DNA of 64,000 nt from Octopus sinensis (GCF_006345805.1 NC_043000.1:33232001-33296000); one strand, 5' to 3'. Positions 11,911 to 27,494 are shown, counted from the stretch's first letter. The notes: generated from the sequence alone by a model not told the origin. Translations and numbers: made by a program.

Positions 11911-13013
11911 AGTATATAAAGGAGAAATGGTGTCTTGTTTAGTCGTTGATCTTGTAGTAAACTCACTGGGTTAAAGACGTTACAGCCACGACCATCTCGT
12001 CTCGTCTAAATCGAGAACTGCATTGCCCGGTGTGTACATGTCAATCCTGTTTGTTGACGGTAGGGTGTGTTCTGAGGGAAATATTGTCTGTCATATCCAT
12101 CGGTTTGGTCGACTGCGTGGAGGCTACCTCGTTGGTTGTCAAGGCGCGCGTTTGTAGCTCTCGAGAATGAGGGTGAGAGAGAGACATGACGCTGGGAAGA
12201 TAATGGTGTGGGGGTGTATGGGGAGAAGGAAAGAAGAAAAGAAATGAGGAGAGAGAAGATTCTGATTGACACAGCGACAGAGAGACTGGCGACATTGCTT
12301 CATGGATCATGGCATGTGGGTTCGAATAAGGGGTGCGATGACAACAACAGCAATAACAACAGTAACAATAGCTTACACACATACTCGTGCGCGCGCATGT
12401 ATACATTTGGAAGAGAGAGAGGGGGAGAGAGAAGGAGGGAGAGAGAGATGCGAGTCATCATTTAGATATAAATTTCTAATATCGAGTTATAGTTTCTTAG
12501 AGGCATCGGAACAATTGGACGTGTTCGTGGTCGTTCCAGCTACAAGAAATAACAACCAAATCTCCCTAAAAATGAATTTAAAGTATTTGTTTTTCGTTGT
12601 TTGAGTTTCGGTAAAGAACAGTGGTAGGATTTAAAAAATGGAGGCAGACATTGTATAAAATAGGACAAGTTATATTATATAAGGGAGAAAATGAGACTGG
12701 ATGGTCACTATTGGAACGATGTTGATCCTAAGTCTGCTAGAGCAATACTAACAACAACAGCAACAACAATACAATCAGTTCATAAAATATTGGTTAATCC
12801 TCAGATGTGTTCTCCCAGAGTCTTGTGAAGGAAAGAGACTTAATAAAAAAGACAAAACCTTCTAAAATATTTAGGTTTTGCAGTATTTCTAAAATGCCTA
12901 AGAATGACGCTATTCTCATGACGTGCCCCATCTAATCCGGTTAGAAATCTATATATATATATATAAACGGCAAAATGTGTGTGTGTTTTTTTGTGTCCTT
13001 TATACAAATCCAC

Positions 13014-13142
13014 ACATATAATAGAAATATTAAAATTAAAATAACAATAATATACCGATGATTAAGTAAATTGCAAAATAATAATAGAAACGTATATATA
13101 TCAGTACATTGTTATTTTAATTTTAATATTTCTATTATATGT
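13014..13142 (+). ncRNA. Hammerhead-like motif enclosed by a 35-bp perfect inverted repeat (stem II degenerate)
   Basis: Arms 13014-13048 and 13108-13142; inside them AUAUA | CCGAUGA (13055-13061) ... GAAA-CG-UA | UAUAU. Confidence 0.4.
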
Positions 13143-13244
13143 AATTTTCTAGATGGTGTAATTTAATTGTTCATTTTGAAATGATAAAAGGTGTTTTTTT
13201 TCTAATTTATATATATATATATATATATAAAATTTTTCCTTTAC

Positions 13245-13286
13245 AATTCTTGAAAAGTCACATTATGACGAAAACCGGTTTGAATT
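13245..13286 (+). ncRNA. Minimal type I hammerhead ribozyme with compensatory U3:A8 core
   Basis: AAUUC | UUGAAAA | GUCA-cauua-UGAC | GAAA | ACCGGU | UU | GAAUU; all three stems pair perfectly. Confidence 0.75.
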
Positions 13287-13492
13287 AATATATATTTATA
13301 TATTTTATCAATTTTTCAAAAACTTTTTCCATACACCCATTTTCATTAAAATTTTCTTTCAATTTAGCATTCTGCCTTTTTACAATTTTTCCTTGCTTAT
13401 CATTTCTCCACGTGCGGTCAATACAACCCACCATTTATTGATCTATATACATATATATATATATCAAAAATAAGCAACAAGAATGATTCCGG

Positions 13493-13586
13493 TAATTTAG
13501 TACAATTGTTTCATACTACAACATTTTATTAAAAGCTGCAAATATTACAGCAGATTTAAGATGCTGAGTACTCTTCAGCTAATTTA
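13493..13586 (-). ncRNA. Type I hammerhead ribozyme, canonical core, long stem II
   Basis: Minus strand: UAAAUUAG | CUGAAGA | GUACU..CAGCAU...AUGUUG.AGUAU | GAAA | CAAUUG | UA | CUAAAUUA. Confidence 0.75.
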
Positions 13587-13719
13587 TATAGGTTTTCCAA
13601 TAATATAAAAGCTTTCAAATCAAGTAATAACATTTTAGGGAAGGTAAATATACAGATAAGTACCATATTCATTTGAATCTAAATTGTTGCTGATCTTATA
13701 TATATATATAAGAAATAAT

Positions 13720-14144
13720 GGATCTTTTCGGTTTGAACGGCAGTTTTTAACATAATTTCTAGGTAACTAAAAAATTTTAAACTTCGTATACTGGTAGAAT
13801 GTGTTTATAAAGCATCTTTTTCTCTTGGCTTTATTGAGAAAATTCTATTTTTTTTGTAAGATATTTGTTGTTGTTTTTTTTTTCAATTCCTGCAATTTCA
13901 ACCAATCAGTGACGTCCATTAAGGTAAAATACATTCTGTGCCGTATGAATATGTTCCTCGTTTAAGAAACAGATTGAGTTTATTTACATTTCTGAAGAAA
14001 AAAAGACACCCTTCCCCCCACCCCTAACTAACCCTAACCCTAAAACAGATTGAAATGCAATAGATAGATACTAGGGTCATAATTATGGGTGACAATTTCA
14101 TATGACACCGCTAGAAAAAACTGCCGTTCAAACCGAAAAGATCC
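13720..14144 (+). mobile_element. Complete 425-bp MITE with ~29-bp TIRs and 8-bp TSD
   Basis: TIRs GGATCTTTTCGGTTTGAACGGCAGTTTTT / AAAAACTGCCGTTCAAACCGAAAAGATCC; GAAATAAT at 13712-13719 and 14145-14152. GG termini with an 8-bp TSD suggest Merlin or hAT (inference). Confidence 0.92.
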
Positions 14145-14365
14145 GAAATAATATTTGTCTCTAATAGAAACAGAAAGGTTTATAGGACTGCAAAAGTGTT
14201 CAAATACGAGACGAAGGTAAAGAAGCATTGGTTATAGAACAAACATTAAATCGGGGTCAACGACTTTACATACAACACCACCCCTCAAACATTTAATCAT
14301 CTATTAAAAAAATCACCATGGTTCCCAAATACATAAAAATAATACGTATACATGAAATCACAGAA

Positions 14366-15162
14366 GGATCTTTTCCTTTTGAACGGCATATGTCAACACA
14401 ATTTCTAGTTAACTAAACACTTTTAAACTTCGTATACTGGTAGAATGTGTTTATAAAACATCATTTTTTCTTGGCTTTATGGAGTAAATTCTATAGTTTG
14501 TAAGATATTTCCACTTTAAAATCGAGCATTTCAGCAATTTTAACCAATCGCTCACCTCCATTTGGGGTGAAAACATTCCGTGCTGTATGAATATGTCCCT
14601 CAGAAACAGATTGGGTTTATTTACATTTGCGAAGAAAAAAAGATACCCTTCCCCCACCCCTAACCCAAACCCTAAAACAGATTGAAATGCAATAGATCGA
14701 TACTAGGGTTATAATTATGGGTGACATTTTCACTTGACACCGCTAGAAAAAAAATCCCTTTTTCCGTAGCGATGTCGTATGAAATTGTCACCCATAATTA
14801 TAACCCTAGTATCGATCTATTGCATTTCAATCTGTTTTAGGGTTAGGGTTAGTTAGAGTTAGGGTTAGGGGTGGGGAAAGGGTATCTTTTTTTCTTCGCA
14901 AATGTAAATAAACTCAATCTGTTTCTGAGGGACATATTCATACAGCACGGAATGTTTTCACCCCAAATGGAGGTGAGCGATTGGTTAAAATTGCCGAAAT
15001 GCTCGATTTTAAAGTGGAAATATCTTACAAACTATAGAATTTTCTCAATAAAGCCAAGAAAAAATGATGTTGTATAAACACATTCTACCAGTATACGAAG
15101 TTTAAAAGTGTTTAGTTAACTAGAAATTGTGTTGAAAACTGCCGTTCAAAAGGAAAAGATCC
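14366..15162. mobile_element. ~800-bp foldback palindrome made of two inverted copies of the GGATC MITE
   Basis: Arms 14366-14745 and 14767-15162; mirrored 68-aa ORFs at 14451-14657(-) and 14871-15077(+) in the ORF track show near-identity. Confidence 0.92.
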
Positions 15163-17115
15163 TAAAAATATATAATCGAATAAAATACAAATAGAACGGC
15201 CTATCAAAAATGTGAAATAAAAACGGCTAAAAATTCAAAAACTACCAAAAAAACCTAATAAATAAATATAAAATAAGTAAAGGTAAAAGTAAAAATAAAA
15301 TCAATATCCAACGGCTAAAAATGTTTTATCTGACGATTAAAATATTAAAAAAAATTTTTTTTTTAATATTTGAAAAAGTATTTGAAAAAATCTTCTACTT
15401 CTCTCATACAAATACGTCCAAAGTTCATAAGTAAACAGACTGGCCACAGGTCAAATTCACATATATCTTGAAAAAAGTTTTTTACTTCCCTTGCACAAGT
15501 ACGTTCATGATTCATAATGAGCAGACTTCACAGGTCCAATTCAACATTCACATATATCTATAGCCATTTCGGGAGCTCACTACCGCAGTTTATTTACACT
15601 AAAGTGCAATACGGCGATGACCCCCCCCTCCTCATCAGGATAAACAGGAAATACGCACAGATCAATTTTTTTTTAAGAAAAGCTTATATAATTTAAAATA
15701 GAAACCCATAAATGGACCAGTCCAAATTTTCTAATAAAAAGAAAAGTCTATTGCTAAACACTCAGGTGGCTGTAGTTAACAGAAATTTAACCTAGCCGGT
15801 TTAAAATCCCCGTAACGTTAAACAATTTTATTACATCTACTTTTATTCCTATACACTTTCAAAAAGGTGGACGAAACCTATGGTTGCAAAAACGGATTAC
15901 CTCAGTAAATCTGTTCAAAGTTTTTGGCCCAAAAGACTTAAGGATTGCAAGGGACTCCTTTACACACAACTTATACTTATTTATATTTACTCTGAAGTAA
16001 GTGTCTCTCGAAATAACGGACCATTCCAGAGAATAACTCTTAGTATTCTTCTTTAGATCGTATATATAAGATGCAAGCGTGGTGGAGCTACAGTATTTTC
16101 ATTTGAAAACGAGCTCATGTGGACCCTATAACTAGCCGTAAAATTTACAGTACTACCTGTATAAAATTCATCTAAATTATCCTCATCCTTAAAAACGCAT
16201 TTATAAATTGCATTAGTAATTAGACAGACCCCATTAAGGGGACATAAGAAAAGTGTAATAAGTGTAACGGCTGTTTCTTGGAGTTCGGGGATCCATCATC
16301 ATGTTGGTAGATGCAGTCCATCCCAGTATGTTACCGTAATGGAAGTAATCAATATTGGATAATTCGAGCCTCCGTCATCAAGGTACAAAAGAACTTATCA
16401 AGGTACAAAAGAGCTCCGTCATCAACGTACAAAAGAGCTTACATTTCAGACCTCAATGCTGAGAAGTTCAAAGATGGTCGCTCGATTTATCTAATGCTGA
16501 TTGATTCCATTACGGCTGCATATTATGATGAACTACATCTACCAACATTATGATAGATCTCCGGGCCTCCAGACCCAGCTGTTGCATTTATAACACTTTT
16601 CTTCCAGCCTGGTAATTTTCTCTCGGAATCTGGTACAGCGGATCTTATGAGTCTACGGCTCAGGAGAGTCCTTTGATCCTGTCTGTTAAATGAAATAAAA
16701 ACCTCCCATTATCGTTTTCGCAGATTAACTCTACCATATGTATAACTAACTACACGCAAAGATATCATTACACAAATACTTTATAAACACCCCGTACATC
16801 GCCAGATTTCGTACGTTCACAAACACATACAGACACATGTATATTTACACATACACACGTATTTTCCGGCACCTAAGACGCACCCCAACTTTACGAGAAA
16901 ATTTTCTGACAAAAGAAAAGTAGTGTTTCCTCATGCACTTATTGGGAAACATTCTAAAATGGTTGTGGGGGGAAGGGGGACTGTATGATTCTGTGTAAAG
17001 GAAATACATTATTGTGGCAGTTTACTTGAATAAAATATAATTTCATAAAGTTATCAAACATAAACTGCATTACGAGAAAAGCGTATTTCAGCTCAATTAT
17101 TCTTTCAAATCAATT

Positions 17116-17231
17116 CTTCTTTTATTCTTTTTTTTTGTTTCAATCATTTGACTGCGGCCATGCTGGAGCACCGCCTTTAGTCGAACACATTGACCCCAGG
17201 ACTTTTTTTTCTATCTGTGAGCCTAGTACTT
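17116..17231 (-). mobile_element. CORE-like SINE 3' tail fragment
   Basis: GACTGCGGCCATGCTGGAGCACCGCCTTTAGTCGA matches the family tail. Confidence 0.8.
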
Positions 17232-17506
17232 GAAGAATAAATAATAATATGCTGGGGAATGAGAAATAATGAGCTGATGTGACCTCCCCACACAAATGCT
17301 GTTGTATTGAAAGCAATTTTGTTTTGTAAATGTATGCTAACAGCTTGTGATAACATGGCCGTTTTTCAGCATTTTATTATTAGTAACAGTTATCGTACCT
17401 AACGGACTTTTGCTCATCTTGCATCCAAGCCTACACCACTTGTGTTGTCCCTTTTTGTATCACCTAGTTGTCCGGATGTTTTGTGTTCTTGTCCCATTTT
17501 GTATGT

Positions 17507-17603
<97 letters not shown>

Positions 17604-17607
17604 TACA

Positions 17608-19629
<2,022 letters not shown>

Positions 19630-19787
19630 TATGTACACAGACACACACGCAAACACAACACACACACACACACACACCACACACACACAACACCTTATCA
19701 TTATTACCGTTCGTGATATTTCTACACTTGTTCTCTGTTGACATTACACTTGTTCCATTTCGCTTTTGTTACTTTTTTTTGCTTATT

Positions 19788-20250
19788 GAATTTGTTTTTG
19801 ATGGTAGTGGTGGTGGTGGTGGTGGTGGTGTGGTGGTGGTGGTGGTGGTGGTGGTGGTGGTGGTGGTGGTGGTGGTGGTGGCGATGTTGCTGTGGTTGTT
19901 GTTGTTGTTGTTGTTTTTGTTGCTGTTGTTGCTGTTGTTATGGTTGTCGTTATGGTCGTTGATGTTGTTTCCATGATAGTTGCTGTATTTGCTGTTGTTG
20001 TTTTTGTTGTTGTTGTTGTTGTTTTTGTTGCTGTTGTTGCTGTTGTTATGGTTGTCGTTATGGTCGTTGATGTTGTTTCCATGATAGTTGCTGTATTTGC
20101 TGTTGTTGTTTTTGTTGTTGTTGTTGTTGTTGTTGTTGCTGCTGACCTCTTCGTTGTGGTTATGGTGGTAATGGTTGATATTGTTCTTGTTCTTGTTATT
20201 GTAGTTGTTTTTGTTGTTGTTGTTGTTGCTGTTGCTGAGATTTTCGCCTT
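19788..20250. repeat. (GGT)n/(GTT)n low-complexity tract with an internal ~100-bp tandem duplication
   Basis: Direct inspection; the duplicated block also appears as a repeated peptide in ORF 19783-20301. Confidence 0.9.
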
Positions 20251-20337
20251 CGTTGTTCTTGTTCTTAATAATGTCGTCCCCACCGCTGCTGCTGCTGCCA
20301 TTCCTTCATTCCCTCAGTCTTGATATTCCTCTGATAT

Positions 20338-20487
20338 TGGTTTCACATTTTGGCACAAGGGCAGCAATTTCGGGGAAAGGGGCAAATCGATTCATCGACC
20401 TTTCCCCTCCCTTCGAGTTCAACAGGTGATTTATTTTATCGATCTCGAAAGGATGAAGAGCAAAGTCGACCTCGGCGAAATTTGAAC
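20338..20487 (-). mobile_element. Meta-like SINE fragment
   Basis: TCGAAAGGATGAAGAGCAAAGTCGACCTCGGCGAAATTTGAAC. Confidence 0.75.
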
Positions 20488-20522
20488 AGTCCTCTAATAT
20501 TGGGGTAGTTTTATTCTCAAAG

Positions 20523-20527
20523 CATCG

Positions 20528-20558
<31 letters not shown>

Positions 20559-20559
20559 C

Positions 20560-20590
<31 letters not shown>

Positions 20591-20628
20591 TCGTCATCAT
20601 CGTCATCATCATCATCGTCATCATCACT

Positions 20629-20684
<56 letters not shown>

Positions 20685-20735
20685 CCACCATCATCATCAT
20701 CATCATCATCACCATCACCATCATCACCACCTTCT
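20523..20735. repeat. (CAT)n microsatellite
   Basis: Direct inspection. Confidence 0.95.
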
Positions 20736-20955
20736 TCTTTCGACAATACCAACACCACCACTATCAGCTCCCATCTCGTTTCCTCCACTGTTATTTGATA
20801 TAGGACTCAATACTTGGAGGAAAGTGCGCAAACATTGCTTACTTCATCCAATAAGTTACAGTCTATGCGTGTTTCGCTGATCGCCACGATTCTGTTGTTG
20901 ATATATTTAACATATCTGTGCACTCACACACACACACATACACAAACACATATAC

Positions 20956-20986
<31 letters not shown>

Positions 20987-21209
20987 TGTATGTATGTATG
21001 TATGTATGTATGTATGTATGTATAGATGTATGTATATATAATATATGTATATATATATATATTTATATATGTATCCATATATATATATACATACATACAT
21101 ATACATACATATATATATATATATACATACATATGCATATATATACATATATATATACATATATGCATATACATAAACATATATATATATACACTCACAC
21201 ATAGTATAC

Positions 21210-21245
<36 letters not shown>

Positions 21246-21367
21246 ACGTATACGCGCGCGCATGCGCGCGCACACAAAAGATTTCACTAGGAAATGAGAT
21301 AATGAAGGGAAGAGTGAGAGAAAGAGAGAGAGAGAGAGAGAGAGGAAAGGAAGAAAGAGAGAATGAG

Positions 21368-21399
<32 letters not shown>

Positions 21400-21436
21400 T
21401 TATTATTATTATTATTATTATTATTAGTAATAGTAA

Positions 21437-21477
<41 letters not shown>

Positions 21478-23326
21478 ATTGATTGGTGGTAACAGAAAAT
21501 AACGAAAATGAAGGAAAGTAGAAAGCTTGTGTGTACGTGTGTGTGTTTATAGGTTTAGACGCATGTATGTGTCTGTGTTGGAGTTTGTGTGCGCGTGTTG
21601 CGCTGCTTTTGTGAATGTATGTGTGTTCCGCTGAACGTATGTGTGTGTATGTTGGGCTGTGTACGTGTGTGTATGTATTCGGCTGTGTGTAAGTTAGTCT
21701 ATGCGCGAGTGTGTCTGTGTGTGTGTTTCCGCGTATTAGAATGTTCGGTTTAATGCCCCCCCACACACACATACACATACATACACAAACAAAGTAAAAT
21801 ACTAAATAATAAAAAAAAAACTAGTGGAAGTTGAAATCGCATCGACTGATTCTGACACGTTTCGATCGGATCACGTCACTGGTTTCCTCTTTGTCGTCCT
21901 CATCCACTGCATGCTTCCTTTAATGGTCCATTCACGTTTGGAACACTTCACAATCAATTGCATTTCGCGGAAATTTCTTTAACCAGGAAAACGTCTTTGC
22001 TTGCCAGAATTCATTTTGCAACGATAAGTAATTTCCCGCCAACAAAAAATATATTGTTCAACGTCGACTATCGCTTGCGAAGAAATGCAAACATCGGACG
22101 TGGTATTTGCTTCTCTTAAGTCAAGAGATACAGAGAAGAAGAAGAGAGGGAAGAAAAAAGACAATTAGATAACCAAACAACGAAAAGGAAGCCAAACTTA
22201 TTTTAGCAACAAAATACACGTATATATATAGACGAGGGCAAACCTGTGAGAATTTAATTTAAAAGAATATTTGACTTAAAATGTAAACGGCTCGCAGATT
22301 TGCTTTCCTGAGTTTATTTACGTGAGTGGAAACAAGAAAGTTGGCGAATATTTCAATAAATCTTTTCGCCTTCCGAATGTTCTGTCATTTGACTGATCTC
22401 TGTGCTCAGAAATAGTTGGAATGGTGTGATGCGAAGACAAATACGAATGATGTGACATTGCCAAGAATACGAAGATACCATGTTGCATTGAAACGCCATG
22501 TCGTATCAAATAGAATAGCTACTAGAATACAAAGTTGGAATGGTTAAGTGAATCGACACTAGAACTATTGTGGTTGTTGTTGTCATTGTTTAACCACCCC
22601 TACCACCCCAGACCCATGATCAATGTTCTTCTGTCTATGACCATCCCGCCTTTTTTGTTTTTCAGAATTAAAGTATCAAAGACGATATTTTCCAAACGTC
22701 TTTAATACGGTAGAGTATGCTTTGAAGGAAATTTGACTGTTATTTCTAGTAGATCCTGTGACCATATAGAAGCTCCTTCGTTGAATCGAGTCTATTCAGT
22801 CTTATTGCATGGGGAAGTAATTCTTGGTAATTCCTATTTGGGTTCAAATTTCGCTTGAAAGCATTTACGTTCGGCTCGGACATTTTCTCTCTTAAAAAAT
22901 ACGATCATCATGAGTAGTCACACACACACACACACACACACACAGTAACCACCGCGCAGAAAGATGTAGAAAGCTCCTGGCGTATTCCAACAGTTAATCG
23001 ATTTTAATTCGCAGCTTATACATTCTCTCCTGACACTGGGAAATATTTTTAGGAAAAGAATGAACATCACGTATTCTTATTTCCGTCTTCCACTAAAATA
23101 TACGGAGTTTATACCTCGTGAAAGACAAAATCGCTGACATGGTAAGATTTGAAACCAGAATCTTGAAGTAGCGCATGGAAACTGAATAATTCTGCAAAGT
23201 GTTTGACGGATAAGAAATGTTCTGTGAAGAGAGAAGGTATCAATCGATAACAATTTGTCAAGAACACTCGCAATCTCCATCATTCACTTCAGTTCTAAAC
23301 CATTGATAACACTCCAAATCTCACTA

Positions 23327-23552
23327 TATTCTTTTATTCTTTTATTCTTCAACTTGTTTCAGTCGTTAAACTGCAGCCATGCTGGGGTGTCACCTTGAAG
23401 AATTTTAGTCGAATAAATCGACCCCAATACTTTTTTAAAGCCTAGTACTTATTCTATCGATATCCTTGTCGAACCGTTAAGTTACGGGGATATAAACACA
23501 CCAACACCCGTTGTCAAGCGGTAGTGGGAGACTGACACATAGATATACACAT

Positions 23553-23600
<48 letters not shown>

Positions 23601-23757
23601 GACGGGCTTTTTTTTAATTTTCCGTCTACCAAATCCACTCACAAGACTGTGGTTCGCTATAATAGAAGACACTTGCCCAAGGTGCCACGCAGTGGAATTG
23701 AACTCGGAACCATGCAGTTAGGAAGCAAGCGTCTTACCACACACCCACTCCTGCTCC
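23327..23757 (-). mobile_element. CORE-like SINE with internal (TA)n
   Basis: Reverse-complement match to 6722-7164. Confidence 0.88.
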
Positions 23758-25304
23758 TATACTTTACATATTTTTAGGAAAGATTTCAAATATTTTTCTT
23801 TCTCTGCTACTGTCTACTTCAATGCATTAAGTTTGATTGTATTTATCCATTGTCACTTCACTTTAGCTATATTTGCGTTCTATTACGGAACGGACACAAA
23901 GTTTCGTTCGTTTTGTTGTGAGCGACAGACCAAACGAAAATTGTACTCTCATTAGCTACCTTGTTAGAGATTCTAGTAGTTTCGACGCCTCAGACTAACT
24001 CGCTACTTTAGTGACGCTCGCAAGCCTCGACTGATGTGAAATATATAGGGTAGATTTTTGTGGCTGGAATGGAGAAAAGCAAAACCAGGAAAGTGAAATC
24101 TGGTTCTACGACAAAACATCAAAACGAAAATAAAGGTTTACATACAAGAAAATCTGATCAAATATGTCTGCTTCGTTAAAATAAAACATTAGTCAATTGT
24201 GATGGAAACAAAACAAGCCAAAATAACTATGCAAGTGGTACACAGAGGAAAACACACGTACAAACACACATACACACACATACACGCACAAATACATACA
24301 CACATACACGTTTATCATTTTATGTACACATATATAAGCATTTAAATATATAATTTATATATATTCATATGCACACACACGCGCGCACATGCACACACAC
24401 ACACACACAAACACACGCATATATATTTATATATTTGAATATACAATATATTTTGTACACACGCGTACACACATATTTTCTATGTGTGTGTGTGTGTGTG
24501 TAGGTGTGTGTGTGTGTGTATGTGTGTGTTTGATGATGGATCTAGTGTTGGTGGCGGTGCTTCGCGTTTTGATGCAATATGGTCGTAGATACAATATGGT
24601 TATAGGTGTAATATATAAAATCATTTTTTATATACGTAATACCCCCGGGAACTACCTCCTCCTCCTCCTCTCATCCCCTCCTCCCCCTCTTCCTTCTTGT
24701 CAGCGTAATTGGAGACGTGAATAGGTTTTTGTCTCATCTACGGTCCTTTCACCACAGCTCAGCCCCAGTTTCGCCCACACTCCTCCTCTATACCTTTTTT
24801 TTCTTTTTGACTCCTTAACTTGCCAGAGAAACAATCTCTGCTATTCTTTCGCTTCCTTCGACACTCAATCATTTTCCACTTTAGGCCCTTGTCAAAGGAT
24901 GCCGTGAAAAAGGGTCAGCTGGTTTGCTATGACACGACCCCTTCCTCCCAGGCCTCCCTAAATTTATACTATCCCCATCACCACCACCACCATCACCACA
25001 ACTAGTTCCCTTTAGATCAGCATGGAGCAGGGTACAAATTTCTTCGCCTCACATTTCATCTTGGACAGAGAGAAACGATGAGGAGAGGAATTAATCACGA
25101 AAAACGGTGAGCAGCGAATGAGGAATGATGAACACAACTTTGTGTGTGTGTGTGTATGTATGTGTGAAAATGTGTGTGTGTGTGTGTGTTTGTGTTTGTG
25201 TGTGTATGTATATATAAGAAAGTTTGTTCATGTTTATGTATGAATATGTAGACATATATATGAATAAATGCGCATGAATAGATGTATATATAAATTTATG
25301 TATG

Positions 25305-25335
<31 letters not shown>

Positions 25336-25606
25336 CTATCCATATCTATATATATATCTATATATATATGTATGTATGTATATATATTATGATAAATATG
25401 CAGGAGGAAGAGTGAAGGAGGAGGGAATTATGAATGAATCCATGGAAAGACACATTGATAATGGAGCTACAGAGAAAACTTATTAGATACAGACAGGTGG
25501 AAGGAAATACAATTAGATGACTAGGTATATACATGCATCTATATGTATGCATGTATATATATATATATATTATATATATATATATATGATTATAAATGTG
25601 TGTATG

Positions 25607-25638
<32 letters not shown>

Positions 25639-25834
25639 TGTATGTATGTATGTATGTATGTATGTATGTGTGTGTGTGTATGTATACATATATATATACA
25701 TCGGTATGTAGATAGATCAATCCATTCGTTTCCACATCAACATAAAGATGATGAACGAGAGTTTGCTGAGGATGGTGCAGTGGTAGTTTTATTATATCGA
25801 TGTGGTCGATGCTGTCTGCAGTGATGATAATAGC

Positions 25835-25866
<32 letters not shown>

Positions 25867-26241
25867 GGAGGAGGAGGAGGAGGAGGAGGAGGATGACGAC
25901 GACGACGACGCTGACCATATTGGTGACGGTTGTATGAAAAGTGTTAATCGTGGTGATATAGGTGTTGTTGTTAGTGTCGTAAATGAAGGTGATGGTGGTG
26001 AGGGTGTTGAAGGGTGGGTGGGTGCTGGTGGTGCCGGCGGCGGCGGCGGTAGGTGCCATACCAGAATCGATGATAAAATGAGTAAACAAGAAAGAATTAC
26101 TCCACGGCACTTGTTGGCACATAATACACTTTAGACGACCGTCACACTTTTGCCGTCCCAGAAACTCTATCACACAACCTCTATCATATTACGCTAACTC
26201 AGTCACATGGCTTTTGTATGGATGCGTATTAGAATGGATGC

Positions 26242-26287
<46 letters not shown>

Positions 26288-26288
26288 A

Positions 26289-26341
<53 letters not shown>

Positions 26342-26388
26342 TATATTATAATATTATCTATATATATTAGATAATAGATAGATAGATC

Positions 26389-26448
<60 letters not shown>

Positions 26449-26452
26449 TATG

Positions 26453-26510
<58 letters not shown>

Positions 26511-26550
26511 GCATCCATTAGATAGATGCATCCATTATATACTGTATATA

Positions 26551-27394
26551 TAGGGTGCGTAAAGTATTTCAGGACATACCTTTTTGGGGTCATTGCGCTT
26601 TTCTTGCTAACTCTGAATAATCTTTGTTTCAGAAAATAATAATGGCAGGCCTTCAACTTACTCAAGAAATGAAGAGGCATGCTATTATTGTGGTTAAAAA
26701 TATCTCGGTTATTAAAAGTTGTCAGATCTTCCGTCTTCAAAGTTTGTAAGGAGCTAGAGACTGAAGATGGAAACGTATCACAGCCATAAAAAGCATTCTA
26801 AATGCTCTGAATCATCAGAACACCTGAATTTATCCAGGAAGTTCAACAGACCGTTGATTACAATCCCAGAAAGTCCATGAGGTCAATTGCAAAAGATCTC
26901 CATGTGTCAGAAGGAACAGTCAGAAATGTTGTCCACAAAGACATCAGATGATAAGGAAAGGCCAGTTTGTCAGAAAAAGCAAAAGAAAATCACTACATCA
27001 GATCTAAAATGCTCTTAAAGAAATTGAAAAATCTAGCAGTAGAAGATTTGATTTGATTTTTTCTCAAACGGGAAAAACTTCGACCAAGACCAAAAAGTTA
27101 ACAGAAGAAATGACAGACGGTTATGTGAAGACCCTTCTGAAGTTCCAAGTGTTATGCATACAAAATTTCCTGTAACTCTCATGGCTTTAGAGGTTGTCAG
27201 CAATGAAAGACATGTGATGCCTCCTTATTTATTTCCACAAGGCCTTAGAGTTAACTCTGCCACCTACATTGAGGTCCTGGAAATAATTGTTAAGCCCTGG
27301 ATAGACACTGTATGCAATGTAAGGCCATATATGTTTCAGTAAGACTCTGCACTATCACACATGGCTCTAGTAACACACGAATGGATGGCTGAAA
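26551..27394 (+). mobile_element. Decayed Tc1/mariner-superfamily transposon, DD37D/maT-like; runs into the assembly gap
   Basis: TA-TAGGGTGCG end; frameshifted KSMRSIAKDL, DQDQKVNRRNDR, HTKFP, VMPPY.FPQGLRVN, VKPWI, FQ*DSA. Confidence 0.85.
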
Positions 27395-27494
27395 NNNNNN
27401 NNNNNNNNNNNNNNNNNNNNNNNNNNNNNNNNNNNNNNNNNNNNNNNNNNNNNNNNNNNNNNNNNNNNNNNNNNNNNNNNNNNNNNNNNNNNNN
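27395..27494. other. Assembly gap (100 N)
   Basis: Run of N. Confidence 1.

Noticed and set aside
15330-15380. CTGACGA plus long A/T hairpin plus GAAA
   Set aside because: No stem III/NUH and no stem I pairing; the hairpin is just poly-A/poly-T.
21830-22140. Possible minus-strand host exon after a polypyrimidine tract and AG at ~22098
   Set aside because: No sustained reading frame or convincing donor site; it cannot be supported without transcript data.
25802-26134. Acidic D/E-rich ORF as a host exon
   Set aside because: Built from (GAT)n/(GAG)n/(GAC)n tracts like many others in the window, with no splice or homology support.
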